43,351 nucleotides of DNA from a bacterium (GTDB taxonomy: Bacteria > Patescibacteriota > Saccharimonadia > CAILAD01 > BJGX01), in contig JBAXPC010000002.1 of the NCBI GenBank assembly GCA_037132395.1, positions 1 through 43,351 on the forward strand, read 5' to 3'. Below are positions 8,878 to 17,626 of this stretch, one piece after another (position 1 is the first letter of the stretch; each line of letters opens with the position of its first letter). The notes beneath the pieces were generated by a model that worked only from the letters and a program-made list of their open reading frames with translations, made no database searches and was not told the origin of the DNA. The position numbers were made by a program, and so were the translations under genes.

Positions 8878-9879
8878 ATGCGTTTACGACACTTCTTTTT
8901 CTTTTTAGCCATTGTTCTGATATCGATATTAATAATCGTCCAGTTTGGTCAATTTGGTGACTTCTTGTCTGTCATAGTAAATGTTAATATCTGGCTACTT
9001 CTGGTAGTGGTGTTTTTACGATTCCTCTACTATCTAACCAATACGAAGTACTTTCAGGTATATCTAAAAAGTTTTGGCTACCATTTGGCATTTAAGCCTT
9101 TGTTTAAGGATGTTGTTACCATGAATTTTGCTAATACCGTGTTCCCGACAGGAGGCGTCAGTGGTATAGCCATACTACGTGGACGCCTAAGAAAGCATAA
9201 GATTTCGGCACACACATCAACGGTTGCGCAAGCGTTCTGGATGGGCTTTACTGGGATATCGTTTATAGTATTGCTACTAGCAAGTATGTTATTGCTTTTC
9301 GTATCGACGAGAATAGAGCAAGTTAGCTTTAGGCTAATACTAGCCGTCTTGCTTTTTATGCTAGTTGGCTCAATAGTCACCATGGCTTTACTGCTCAACA
9401 GGCGAGTTGCCGAACGAGCAGTCTATCTCCTAACAAGACCAATAAACTTTATTTTGAGACGTTTTGGTCGAGATTCTCTTGGCAAGCAGCAGCTAGAAGG
9501 TCTTTTTGATAAATTTTACGAGACACTACTAGATTTTAAGAGTGATTGGCGTAAGCTGGTAGGGCCTTTTTCGTGGTGTTTTATAACATTAGTTATTGAT
9601 ATAGCTTCGCTTTACATGGTATTTGTAGCTTTTGGTGTTTACCCTAACCCCGGCGTCGTTGCAGCAGCTTTTTTGGTTGCAATGGTAGTGTCTTTGGCAT
9701 CAGTCGTAACTTCTGGAATCGGTGTTTTTGAAATCGGTATGGTTAGTGTGCTGGTTGGGCTGGGACTGGCATTTGATATTAGTTTTTCGGCCGCAATTGT
9801 ATATCGCATTATCGCACTATGGCTATTCTTGCCAGTAGGCTTATATTTTTACAAGAAAGCAATGTTCGATGAAAAATGA
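8878..9879 (+). CDS. Flippase-like / lysyl-phosphatidylglycerol-synthase TM-region family membrane protein
   Basis: About 8 TM helices. The segment NFANTVFPTGGVSGIAILRGRL resembles the conserved loop of this family. TACAAT lies 6 nt before the ATG. Confidence 0.55.
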   Translation: MRLRHFFFFLAIVLISILIIVQFGQFGDFLSVIVNVNIWLLLVVVFLRFLYYLTNTKYFQVYLKSFGYHLAFKPLFKDVVTMNFANTVFPTGGVSGIAILRGRLRKHKISAHTSTVAQAFWMGFTGISFIVLLLASMLLLFVSTRIEQVSFRLILAVLLFMLVGSIVTMALLLNRRVAERAVYLLTRPINFILRRFGRDSLGKQQLEGLFDKFYETLLDFKSDWRKLVGPFSWCFITLVIDIASLYMVFVAFGVYPNPGVVAAAFLVAMVVSLASVVTSGIGVFEIGMVSVLVGLGLAFDISFSAAIVYRIIALWLFLPVGLYFYKKAMFDEK

Positions 9880-11071
9880 TGCTATTACCGTCAGTGAATT
9901 TAACGCTGTTTTAAACCAAACCCTGTCATTTGCTTACCCAGAAGTGGTAGTTGAAGGCGAGGTTTCGGGCTTTAAGGTCAGCCAGGGCAAGTGGGTGTTT
10001 TTTGATCTCAAAGATAGCGAAAGTGTGGTTGGTTGTTTTATTACCACCTACCAACTCAAGACCGAGCTCGAAGATGGTATGCTGATACGCGTCAAGGCCG
10101 CTCCGCAGCTCACGAAATGGGGCAAATTTAGTCTGACCGTCAGGGAAGTTGAGCTAGCCGGTGAAGGCTCGGTTAAAAGAGCTTTTGAAATGCTCAAGGC
10201 TAAGTTCGAAAAAGAGGGGTTGTTTTCACCAGAGCGCAAGCGACCACTGCCAGAATTCCCACAAAAGGTAATGCTTATTACGTCCGCTCAGGCAGCAGCA
10301 TATAACGATTTCGTCACTATCATCAACGATCGCTGGAGTGGAATCGACATCGACCATATTCAGGTGCAAGTTCAGGGAGCATTAGCGCCAACCCAAATTG
10401 TAGAGGCAATCAGCTACACGAACAGTGTTGCTGACGAGTATGACGCGCTTGTAATTATTAGGGGCGGCGGTAGTGCCGAAGATTTACAGGCATTCAATAC
10501 CGAAGAGGTCGTACGAGCTGTATTTGCATCCGATATCCCATCGATAGTCGCAATCGGGCATGAGGACGACGTATCGCTCGCCGAGCTGGCGGCCGATGTT
10601 CGAGCTGCTACGCCAACAGATGCTGCCCGCCGCTTAGTGCCAGATAGGGCCGAAATTCAGACGCGAGTAGCTGGCCTCGCTAGTTCAATGCTTAGCTCGC
10701 TAGAGAACAATGTCAGTATCAGCCGAGCCCAGCTCGAAGGCTTTTATCATAGCATCGAGATTCGTTTTAATAACCTCAGATACAATCTGGCAGATGTATT
10801 TTCCCGATCCTGTACTGCAATCGATGTCGCATTGAACAACTCTGTGGTTCGACTAGAGTCCAATAAGAAACTGCTTAGCACTCTCGACCCACGGGCTATT
10901 TTGTCTCGCGGCTATAGCATTACCAGAATCAACGGCAAGGTCGTCAAATCGCCAGATCAGTACAGCAGTGGCGATACGATTGTGATACAATTGCACCAAG
11001 GAAAAATCAGCTTAAAACCAACTGACAAAGGAGATACCAATGACAAGCAACAAACAGCCATTAGCTTTTAA
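9869..11071 (+). CDS. xseA: Exodeoxyribonuclease VII large subunit
   Basis: N-terminal OB-fold region and the IIRGGGSAEDLQAFN motif. It is followed by an overlapping xseB. Confidence 0.92.
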   Translation: MKNDAITVSEFNAVLNQTLSFAYPEVVVEGEVSGFKVSQGKWVFFDLKDSESVVGCFITTYQLKTELEDGMLIRVKAAPQLTKWGKFSLTVREVELAGEGSVKRAFEMLKAKFEKEGLFSPERKRPLPEFPQKVMLITSAQAAAYNDFVTIINDRWSGIDIDHIQVQVQGALAPTQIVEAISYTNSVADEYDALVIIRGGGSAEDLQAFNTEEVVRAVFASDIPSIVAIGHEDDVSLAELAADVRAATPTDAARRLVPDRAEIQTRVAGLASSMLSSLENNVSISRAQLEGFYHSIEIRFNNLRYNLADVFSRSCTAIDVALNNSVVRLESNKKLLSTLDPRAILSRGYSITRINGKVVKSPDQYSSGDTIVIQLHQGKISLKPTDKGDTNDKQQTAISF

Positions 11072-11246
11072 ATATTCTGAGGCACTCAAGGAGCTCGAAG
11101 CCATCACTATCTATCTTGAGAGCAGTGATGTAGATTTGGATGAAGCCATTAAGAAATTTGACCGTGGTAGTGAGCTAGCCAGCCAAATCGAATCTCATCT
11201 CAAAAACGCCGAGAACAAGATCAAGACGGTCCGTTCTAAAAACTAG
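11040..11246 (+). CDS. xseB: Exodeoxyribonuclease VII small subunit
   Basis: A 68-aa helical protein (FKYSEALKELEAITIYLESSDVDLDEAIKKFDRG). It overlaps the xseA 3' end by 32 nt. Confidence 0.88.
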   Translation: MTSNKQPLAFKYSEALKELEAITIYLESSDVDLDEAIKKFDRGSELASQIESHLKNAENKIKTVRSKN

Positions 11247-11285
11247 ACAAAATCTACAAAATGTATTATAGTTTAGGTATAAATT

Positions 11286-11678
11286 ATGATGCCAGACTAT
11301 TTTACAGGCCTAATCAGCCAGTACTCCGGAGCTCTAAATGCCGACCAGTCAGCTCGCTACGCGAAGGCTGTTATTGAGGCGTGGTATTTTACATTGTCAT
11401 TTGACGACCAAAAACAACTCATCAATCTATTGCCGGACTACTTAAAGCCCAAGAAAAAAGTTTTCTTCATTAAAAAAAATCAGGAAGTTAGCCCCAACCA
11501 AGGCGAAATATTTATTTTTAGACTAGTTCAGGATTTATCGCGCTCTAGTAACGATGAAGCTGAGTTTATAGCCCGCGGCGTATTTAAATCACTCAAGGTA
11601 ATATCCTCTACCGAACAAAATTTTGCGTATTCGAGGCTCTTCACTAAGAAGTTTTCGGAATTCTTCATAGGATCTTAA
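11286..11678 (+). CDS. Hypothetical protein (weak DUF2267-like pattern)
   Basis: A 130-aa ORF with a helical pattern ARYAKAVIEAWYFTLSFDDQKQLINLLPDYLKP. The family assignment is tentative. Confidence 0.4.
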   Translation: MMPDYFTGLISQYSGALNADQSARYAKAVIEAWYFTLSFDDQKQLINLLPDYLKPKKKVFFIKKNQEVSPNQGEIFIFRLVQDLSRSSNDEAEFIARGVFKSLKVISSTEQNFAYSRLFTKKFSEFFIGS

Positions 11679-11686
11679 GGTAGACA

Positions 11687-12505
11687 ATGTTAGATTCGAC
11701 CATTATGCCCAGTACTATTAAAGAGGCTGATCTAGATGAGTTACTGTTTAACAGGCCAATAAATAATCTCAACCGTAGCAAAATTGGCATACTAGCTTGC
11801 CGACACGCAAGTCTTAGGTCAATCAGCGTTGCCTATTCGATACTTATAGCTCTGGGGCACAACGTTTTATTAGTGGCTGATATCGCTCACCAAAACAATC
11901 ATCTACCAGCTGATATATGGCTATCATCCAAGAGCAAGAGCTACTACGAAAACAGCGATGTCGCTATTCAGGCTCTGATGGATTGTAATGTCATTATAGA
12001 CTTGGTAGAGGGTGAGCTGAACTCGACGATGGAGCTCTTCACTGAGCGGCTCTTTGATAGCTACGATGGTCTCTATGTCAGTGACAGCCTGAAAGTATTC
12101 AAAAATCACAGCTATGGAGGTAAAAAAATAGTCTACAGCAGTCTGCAAAAAATTGCTGACGCCAACCACGTTGCGACTAAGCTAATTGGCATTAACCGAG
12201 TTTCTAAGTTGCTGGCAGATGTATCTGAGGAGCTTGCGACGTCAGTGGTAGTTATGAATCACAACCAGCTAATAGCGCTAGAGGCTAGCAAGAGCGATGC
12301 TGTATGTGTGGTAAACGCCAAAGATGATATCCGTAAGGTGGACTTCATGGCTATATTCGTGGGCCTCTTGGCTGATCATATTGGAGTCAGTAGTAGCCAA
12401 TGGCTCAACTACTGTCAGGCTGCAGGATATCTGTACCGAAACCATTACAGCGAATCAAAAAATGGTCCGGCCGATTTAAAAAAGTATCTCAATGGAAAGT
12501 TTTAA
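11687..12505 (+). CDS. Hypothetical protein, possibly a degenerate YjeF_C / NAD(P)HX-dehydratase-like fold
   Basis: A 272-aa ORF whose architecture is reminiscent of the YjeF C-terminal domain, but it lacks the GSGD-type motif (it has VDFMAIFVGLLADHIG instead). Confidence 0.35.
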   Translation: MLDSTIMPSTIKEADLDELLFNRPINNLNRSKIGILACRHASLRSISVAYSILIALGHNVLLVADIAHQNNHLPADIWLSSKSKSYYENSDVAIQALMDCNVIIDLVEGELNSTMELFTERLFDSYDGLYVSDSLKVFKNHSYGGKKIVYSSLQKIADANHVATKLIGINRVSKLLADVSEELATSVVVMNHNQLIALEASKSDAVCVVNAKDDIRKVDFMAIFVGLLADHIGVSSSQWLNYCQAAGYLYRNHYSESKNGPADLKKYLNGKF

Positions 12506-12512
12506 TAATTGC

Positions 12513-12600
12513 TGGTGCCAAAGGTGGGACTTGAACCCACATGCCCTTAACGAGCACACGATTTTGAGTCGTGCGTGTCTGCCAATTCCACCACTCTGGC
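12513..12600 (-). tRNA. tRNA-Leu (anticodon CAA), long variable arm, CCA encoded
   Basis: The reverse complement is GCCAGAGTGGTGGAATTGGCAGACACGCACGACTCAAAATCGTGTGCTCGTTAAGGGCATGTGGGTTCAAGTCCCACCTTTGGCACCA. It folds as a cloverleaf with anticodon loop CTCAAAA. Confidence 0.9.
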
Positions 12601-12682
12601 TTAAATATTAAGGCAAATATTTATACTTAACTGTAGCTATAATATACAATAGTATCAAGACAAGCAAAAGAGTTATAAAAAA

Positions 12683-13873
12683 ATGAAACATATTAAGCAA
12701 AATACCAACCCAGACTATCAACCCATTCCTGCTCACCGACTGCAAGAAGGCGAGGAGGTTAGCTTAGGCTTATCTGGGCATCACTTCGAGCCCGAGCTAA
12801 ACGCCAAGCATACCACCAGTATAGATACTGCTAAAACAACCCATACCAGAGTTCATCGTTCTGGTGCTCCCAAGCAGCATCGTATCGCTGGTCACGCTAG
12901 CGGTGATCTTAATGGACACCTGCATCAGTACAACCAACCAAAAGTAGAGGCCCAGGCTCAGCCACGCATCAATTTGCACCCAGACGCCCGTCGGTCTACC
13001 GATGGAGCCGCATCAAAGACGTCTAGGAAGCGGGCAGCACTCAATAAAATAAAACTAATTAGGTCTCATAAGCACTGGCATAATGCCAAGCTTGTAGTCA
13101 CGACATTAGTAGTCTTTCTTCTTATATTCAATTCCCAGTGGTTTATATCTCAATTCATGTACCTCTTCAATAAGCCCAGCAATAAAACAACCCAAAGCAA
13201 CTCCGTAGCTCAACCTGCTGCCATAGCTACTCCTGCTGCTGAAGTTGTGGGCCCCACTAACGAAATAATAATCCCCAAAATCGGAGTTACAGCACCACTG
13301 GTATTCCCTAAAACAAATGTCGAAGCAGATGTGCTGGTGTCACTACGGTCTGGCGTAGCTCATTATTATGGTACGGCAAACCCAGGCGAGAATGGCAACT
13401 CGGTGTTTTTTGGACATTCCAGTAGCGATTGGTGGGAACCAGGAAGCTACAAGTTTATTTTTGTCATACTAGAAAAACTCTCGCCTGGCGATACATACGA
13501 AATACACTACAACTCCCGAAAGTATGTGTACCAAGTAGAGGAGACCAAGGTGGTAGCTCCAAACGATTTGAGCGTCCTAAACCAAACCAGTTATCCAAGC
13601 TCAACACTCATAACCTGTACACCACCCGGTACTAGCTGGCAAAGATTTATAGTTCGAGCAAAACAAATTGCACCAGCTTATCAAAAACCAAATCAATCAG
13701 AATTAATTGCTAGCTCAGTTAGCGCCAGCGAGCAAGCTACGTTACCTTCAGCATCGAAGAGCATCTGGGATCAAATAGGAAGCTTTATAGCAGGACTGAC
13801 GGGTAGTAGCAAAAAAGATCAGCAAAAGTCTAGCCAGCCAGCTCAGATAAAATACTTACCGGAAGTTAATTAG
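12683..13873 (+). CDS. Sortase family transpeptidase with a long basic, His-rich N-terminal extension
   Basis: TM near residues 136-160. Catalytic His in FFGHSS, Cys in TLITCTPPG and Arg in WQRFIVRA. Confidence 0.85.
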   Translation: MKHIKQNTNPDYQPIPAHRLQEGEEVSLGLSGHHFEPELNAKHTTSIDTAKTTHTRVHRSGAPKQHRIAGHASGDLNGHLHQYNQPKVEAQAQPRINLHPDARRSTDGAASKTSRKRAALNKIKLIRSHKHWHNAKLVVTTLVVFLLIFNSQWFISQFMYLFNKPSNKTTQSNSVAQPAAIATPAAEVVGPTNEIIIPKIGVTAPLVFPKTNVEADVLVSLRSGVAHYYGTANPGENGNSVFFGHSSSDWWEPGSYKFIFVILEKLSPGDTYEIHYNSRKYVYQVEETKVVAPNDLSVLNQTSYPSSTLITCTPPGTSWQRFIVRAKQIAPAYQKPNQSELIASSVSASEQATLPSASKSIWDQIGSFIAGLTGSSKKDQQKSSQPAQIKYLPEVN

Positions 13874-15259
13874 ACCGCCCCGTGGCTCAAGGCTGTAGTA
13901 ATTTATTTTTCCAGCTATCAAAAATACAATGCTCTTGCTGTCTATCTGGGTTGCGATCTTATAATCCGTCAACGAAGAAGTATTGGGGGGAATTTTTAGT
14001 AAGTTGTATCCGTTATAGTCGATTATAAAAAGTCCGTTTGGTTTTTTCAGCAAAATCTGGTAGTTCGTGAGCCAATTTATTTGTCCTGTATCTGTGGCTA
14101 AGACACTATAGCGGTCTGTAAATTCGATATCGATCACTCTAAGCTTAGATGCTTGCATAAAAGATAAGAACCTACCATTAGGACTAAAACTCGGTAGCGA
14201 CGTATCGAGCCCAATTAGTGAGGACAGGTTTTTGCCGTCTTTTTGCCTGTATACTGTCAATCCTTGGTTGTCTGGGCTGGAGACGGCTACCACAAGCTCG
14301 TTATTGATTTTGCTAGAGGTAATCTGCATCGGCTTGCTTGTTGCGGGGTATTGATACAAAACCTTACGGTTGCCGCCATCGTAATCATAGCTAACCAAGA
14401 TCTGTGTCTTGTCGCTGGCACTAAGGTTTTCAAGTGCCAGAATGCTATCTTTACTCAAATTGAATGCTGTAATATCGGAGGCTGGTAGTAGGCTGGGTTT
14501 TTTACTATCTGTGTTCACGCGACTCAGCTTTCCAGAATCAAGACTATAAATATCCTTGTTGTTCCTGGGGCTGATTTGGATATTGGTCAGCGGTTGGTTG
14601 AAAATCTTATTGAGATTATAAAATTCGCCGGAGCTAGTATTGACCCAGAAATATACAGAGCTGCCGTCGTCATAAGTAGCTCGGGTTGCTAACGAACCAC
14701 TATCGCTACTAATTAGGATATCGGATTGTTTGATTGGCGTTTTAATTGAGTCATTAACAGGCAACTCGGCTACTTTACGAAGCTCATAATTGGATTTGAC
14801 CTCGTATATCAAACCGGGATTGTCAATAAATGCATAAAGGTTATTTTTTTCTGGGCTAGACACTATGTCTGTAAAAACCAGATTGCTTGTAACTTGCTTT
14901 GATTCGATAACCTTCGGTACTAGTAGGGCATAGTCTGCAAAAGTGACCTCGCCAGCTTTGACAAAAAAGTTAGCCTTCCAGTCGTAGTAACCAGCTAGAG
15001 AGTACTCCAGACTAATCGTACCAGTCTTGACGTTTTCGAGTCGATAGGGGGTTTTGTGCGCTGTTAGTTTGGAATCTATTTTAATGCTAGCTCCACCAGG
15101 ATTGGTACCAAGCAGTGCAAGCCCAGTCGCATAAATTTCACCACGGAATAGGTCTATATTGTAGCCAGAAGCTAGCCCAACGAGCAGGATGGTACCTATC
15201 GACACTAGGATAGTACCAATGGTTATGGTCAGCGAAGAGCGTGTCTTTTGTGATATCAT
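13856..15259 (-). CDS. PEGA domain-containing membrane-anchored protein with a beta-propeller-like C-terminal region
   Basis: N-terminal TM and a PEGA-like segment GTNPGGASIKIDSKLTAHKTPYRLENVKTGTISLEYSLAGYYDW. Its 3' end overlaps the sortase gene by 18 nt. Confidence 0.65.
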   Translation of the reverse strand: MISQKTRSSLTITIGTILVSIGTILLVGLASGYNIDLFRGEIYATGLALLGTNPGGASIKIDSKLTAHKTPYRLENVKTGTISLEYSLAGYYDWKANFFVKAGEVTFADYALLVPKVIESKQVTSNLVFTDIVSSPEKNNLYAFIDNPGLIYEVKSNYELRKVAELPVNDSIKTPIKQSDILISSDSGSLATRATYDDGSSVYFWVNTSSGEFYNLNKIFNQPLTNIQISPRNNKDIYSLDSGKLSRVNTDSKKPSLLPASDITAFNLSKDSILALENLSASDKTQILVSYDYDGGNRKVLYQYPATSKPMQITSSKINNELVVAVSSPDNQGLTVYRQKDGKNLSSLIGLDTSLPSFSPNGRFLSFMQASKLRVIDIEFTDRYSVLATDTGQINWLTNYQILLKKPNGLFIIDYNGYNLLKIPPNTSSLTDYKIATQIDSKSIVFLIAGKINYYSLEPRGGLINFR

Positions 15260-15330
15260 ATTATTATAGCTTAGACTGTATTATAGAACAGAAAGTCACA
15301 TAGCTAAACACTTTAATTAAGGAATATAAA

Positions 15331-16587
15331 TTGCAAAAACTAATAATAAATGGCCCCACTAAACTTGAGGGGGTAATAAAAACAGCTGGCAGCAAAAACC
15401 ACGTTCTGCCAATGCTATCGGCTATGCTACTAACCTCAGAAGACGTTACAATACACAATTTGCCTGCAATAGCCGATGCCGAAGTGATGATTGAGATTTT
15501 AGAGCTGTTTGGTGTTCGTGTTGAGCGCACAGGAAGCAGTATTGTTTGTAATGGTAAAGATGCCCAGCCCAAAGTTATACCAGCTGCGCTAACCCAGCGA
15601 TTACGAGCCTCACTACTAATTCTGGGGCCAGCCTTGGCGCGCTTCGGTGAAGTTGAAATTGGTATGCCTGGTGGAGACATTATTGGTGCAAGACCAATCG
15701 ATACCCACATCAACGGCCTCAAGTGCTTGGGTGCTAAGCTCGACACCACAACTGATTCAATTAAGCTCTCTGGTAAGCTCACCGGGAACCGCGTAGTCCT
15801 AGATGAAATCAGTGTCACGGCTACGGAGAATTTGATACTAGCAGCCGTACTAACTCCAGGAGTTAGTGAAATCAGGATGGCAGCCACAGAGCCGCATATT
15901 GTGGCACTATGTGAATTTTTAAATAATCTGGGTGCTAAGATATCCGGCATTAGCTCGCATGTCTTACTGGTAGAGGGTGTTGAAAGTTTGCATGGTGGTG
16001 AAGGGGCAATAATCCCAGATTATCTGGAGAGCGGTACATTAGCAATTGCTGCTGCATCATCAGGTGGCAACCTAGTAATAGAAGATTTTATTATCAGTGA
16101 CCATGATGGACTTCTGAATGTTTTTAGTCGCATGGGCGTTAACTATAAGATCCTGAACGAAAGAAAATTGCAAGTATTGCCATCCAATAAACTTCGCGCG
16201 ACCAAGATAAGAACTGATATATATCCTGGTTTCCCAAGTGATTTACAGGCCCCGATGGCAGTTTTGTTTACCCAGGCCGAAGGCGTTTCTGAGATCTTTG
16301 AGACTATGTACGAAGGACGCCTACAATATCTCTTTGAGCTTCAAAGAATGGGCGCACACGTCAATTTGCGTGATAGCCATATCGGTATGGTTGAAGGACC
16401 AACTACTCTTCACGGCACCGACTTAGTATCTTTCGACGTCAGGGCTGGAGCTACTATATTGATTGCAGCTGTCATTGCCCATGGTACAACCACTATCGAC
16501 AGAATCGAACATATCGACAGAGGTTACGAACATTTTGATGGCCGGCTTAGGGCGCTGGGAGCCAACATTTCAAGAACCAGCACTTAA
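15331..16587 (+). CDS. murA: UDP-N-acetylglucosamine 1-carboxyvinyltransferase (TTG start; Asp replaces the catalytic Cys)
   Basis: Full-length MurA similarity (GSKNHVLP..., GMPGGDIIGARPIDTH...). AAGGAA Shine-Dalgarno lies before TTG 15331. Confidence 0.94.
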   Translation: MQKLIINGPTKLEGVIKTAGSKNHVLPMLSAMLLTSEDVTIHNLPAIADAEVMIEILELFGVRVERTGSSIVCNGKDAQPKVIPAALTQRLRASLLILGPALARFGEVEIGMPGGDIIGARPIDTHINGLKCLGAKLDTTTDSIKLSGKLTGNRVVLDEISVTATENLILAAVLTPGVSEIRMAATEPHIVALCEFLNNLGAKISGISSHVLLVEGVESLHGGEGAIIPDYLESGTLAIAAASSGGNLVIEDFIISDHDGLLNVFSRMGVNYKILNERKLQVLPSNKLRATKIRTDIYPGFPSDLQAPMAVLFTQAEGVSEIFETMYEGRLQYLFELQRMGAHVNLRDSHIGMVEGPTTLHGTDLVSFDVRAGATILIAAVIAHGTTTIDRIEHIDRGYEHFDGRLRALGANISRTST

Positions 16588-16618
16588 GCTTTGAGCCTTA
16601 ACCTGTTAAAATATCTGT

Positions 16619-17626
16619 ATGTTTAATAAACGCATCGCAATAGACTTAGGTACTGCCAACACTCGAGTTTATATACCTAAAAAAGGTTTGGTAGCCAACG
16701 AGCCGTCGGTGGTCGCAATTAGCGTTGACGACAACCGTATCTTGGCAATTGGCAACGACGCCAAGGAGATGCTTGGGCGCACACCAGATACTATTGTTGC
16801 CTCTAAGCCGCTCCGAAATGGGGTAATCGCTAACTACCGAATCACTGAGGCGCTGCTGAAGTATTTCTTGAACAAAATATCGGGCCATATACGCCTGACC
16901 CGCCCAGAGCTAATGATAAGCGTACCGACCGGAATTACATCTACCGAACGTAGGGCGGTAATCGATGCCGCAACAGCTGCAGGAGCCAAGAAGGTCTATA
17001 TTATTCGAGCACCAGTAGCGGCCGCAATAGGTGCCAATGTACCGATAGCTGCACCGGCTGGCAACCTAGTGGTGGATATCGGCGAGGGCACAACCGAAGT
17101 TGCAATAATATCGCTAGGCGGTATCGTGGCCGAGAGTTCAGTTCGCATCGGTGGCGGACGCATTAGCTCGGCGATTGCTGAACATATTAGAAAGCGTCAT
17201 GGGCTGGTCATTGGCGTTCAGACTTCAGAGGAAATTAAAAAGAAGATCGGCTCGGCCACCGCACTGGATCAGCCCAAAACGATGCAAGTAAGAGGTCGAG
17301 ATGTGGTCGGCGGCTTGCCAAAAACAATTGAAGTAACTAGTACCGAAGTAACATCGGCTATCAAAGAGCGGCTCGATGAGATACTTTTGGCCGTCAAGGC
17401 AGTTCTAGAGCAAACCCCTCCTGAGCTATCGAGCGATATTATCGACCGCGGCATGATAATTACCGGTGGCGGTGCATTGCTTCGTAATATCGACAAGCTA
17501 ATGACTAAGGTCACAGGAGTGCCTGCTTACATCGCTGAAGATCCTATGCTCTGCGTTATCAAAGGGGCAGGAACAGCAGTAGAGCATCTTGATGAATACA
17601 TCAGAAGCGTAGTGACAAACAAATGA
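16619..17626 (+). CDS. mreB: Rod shape-determining actin-like protein MreB
   Basis: Motifs IDLGTANTRVY, DIGEGTTEVAIISLGG and ITGGGALL. TGTTAAAAT extended -10 lies 6 nt before the ATG. Confidence 0.94.
   Translation: MFNKRIAIDLGTANTRVYIPKKGLVANEPSVVAISVDDNRILAIGNDAKEMLGRTPDTIVASKPLRNGVIANYRITEALLKYFLNKISGHIRLTRPELMISVPTGITSTERRAVIDAATAAGAKKVYIIRAPVAAAIGANVPIAAPAGNLVVDIGEGTTEVAIISLGGIVAESSVRIGGGRISSAIAEHIRKRHGLVIGVQTSEEIKKKIGSATALDQPKTMQVRGRDVVGGLPKTIEVTSTEVTSAIKERLDEILLAVKAVLEQTPPELSSDIIDRGMIITGGGALLRNIDKLMTKVTGVPAYIAEDPMLCVIKGAGTAVEHLDEYIRSVVTNK

Noticed and set aside
15264-15950. 228-aa minus-strand ORF
   Set aside because: It lies entirely antisense to the well-conserved murA, has a low-complexity Ser/Ile/Pro-rich translation and has no start signals. 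It is a shadow ORF.
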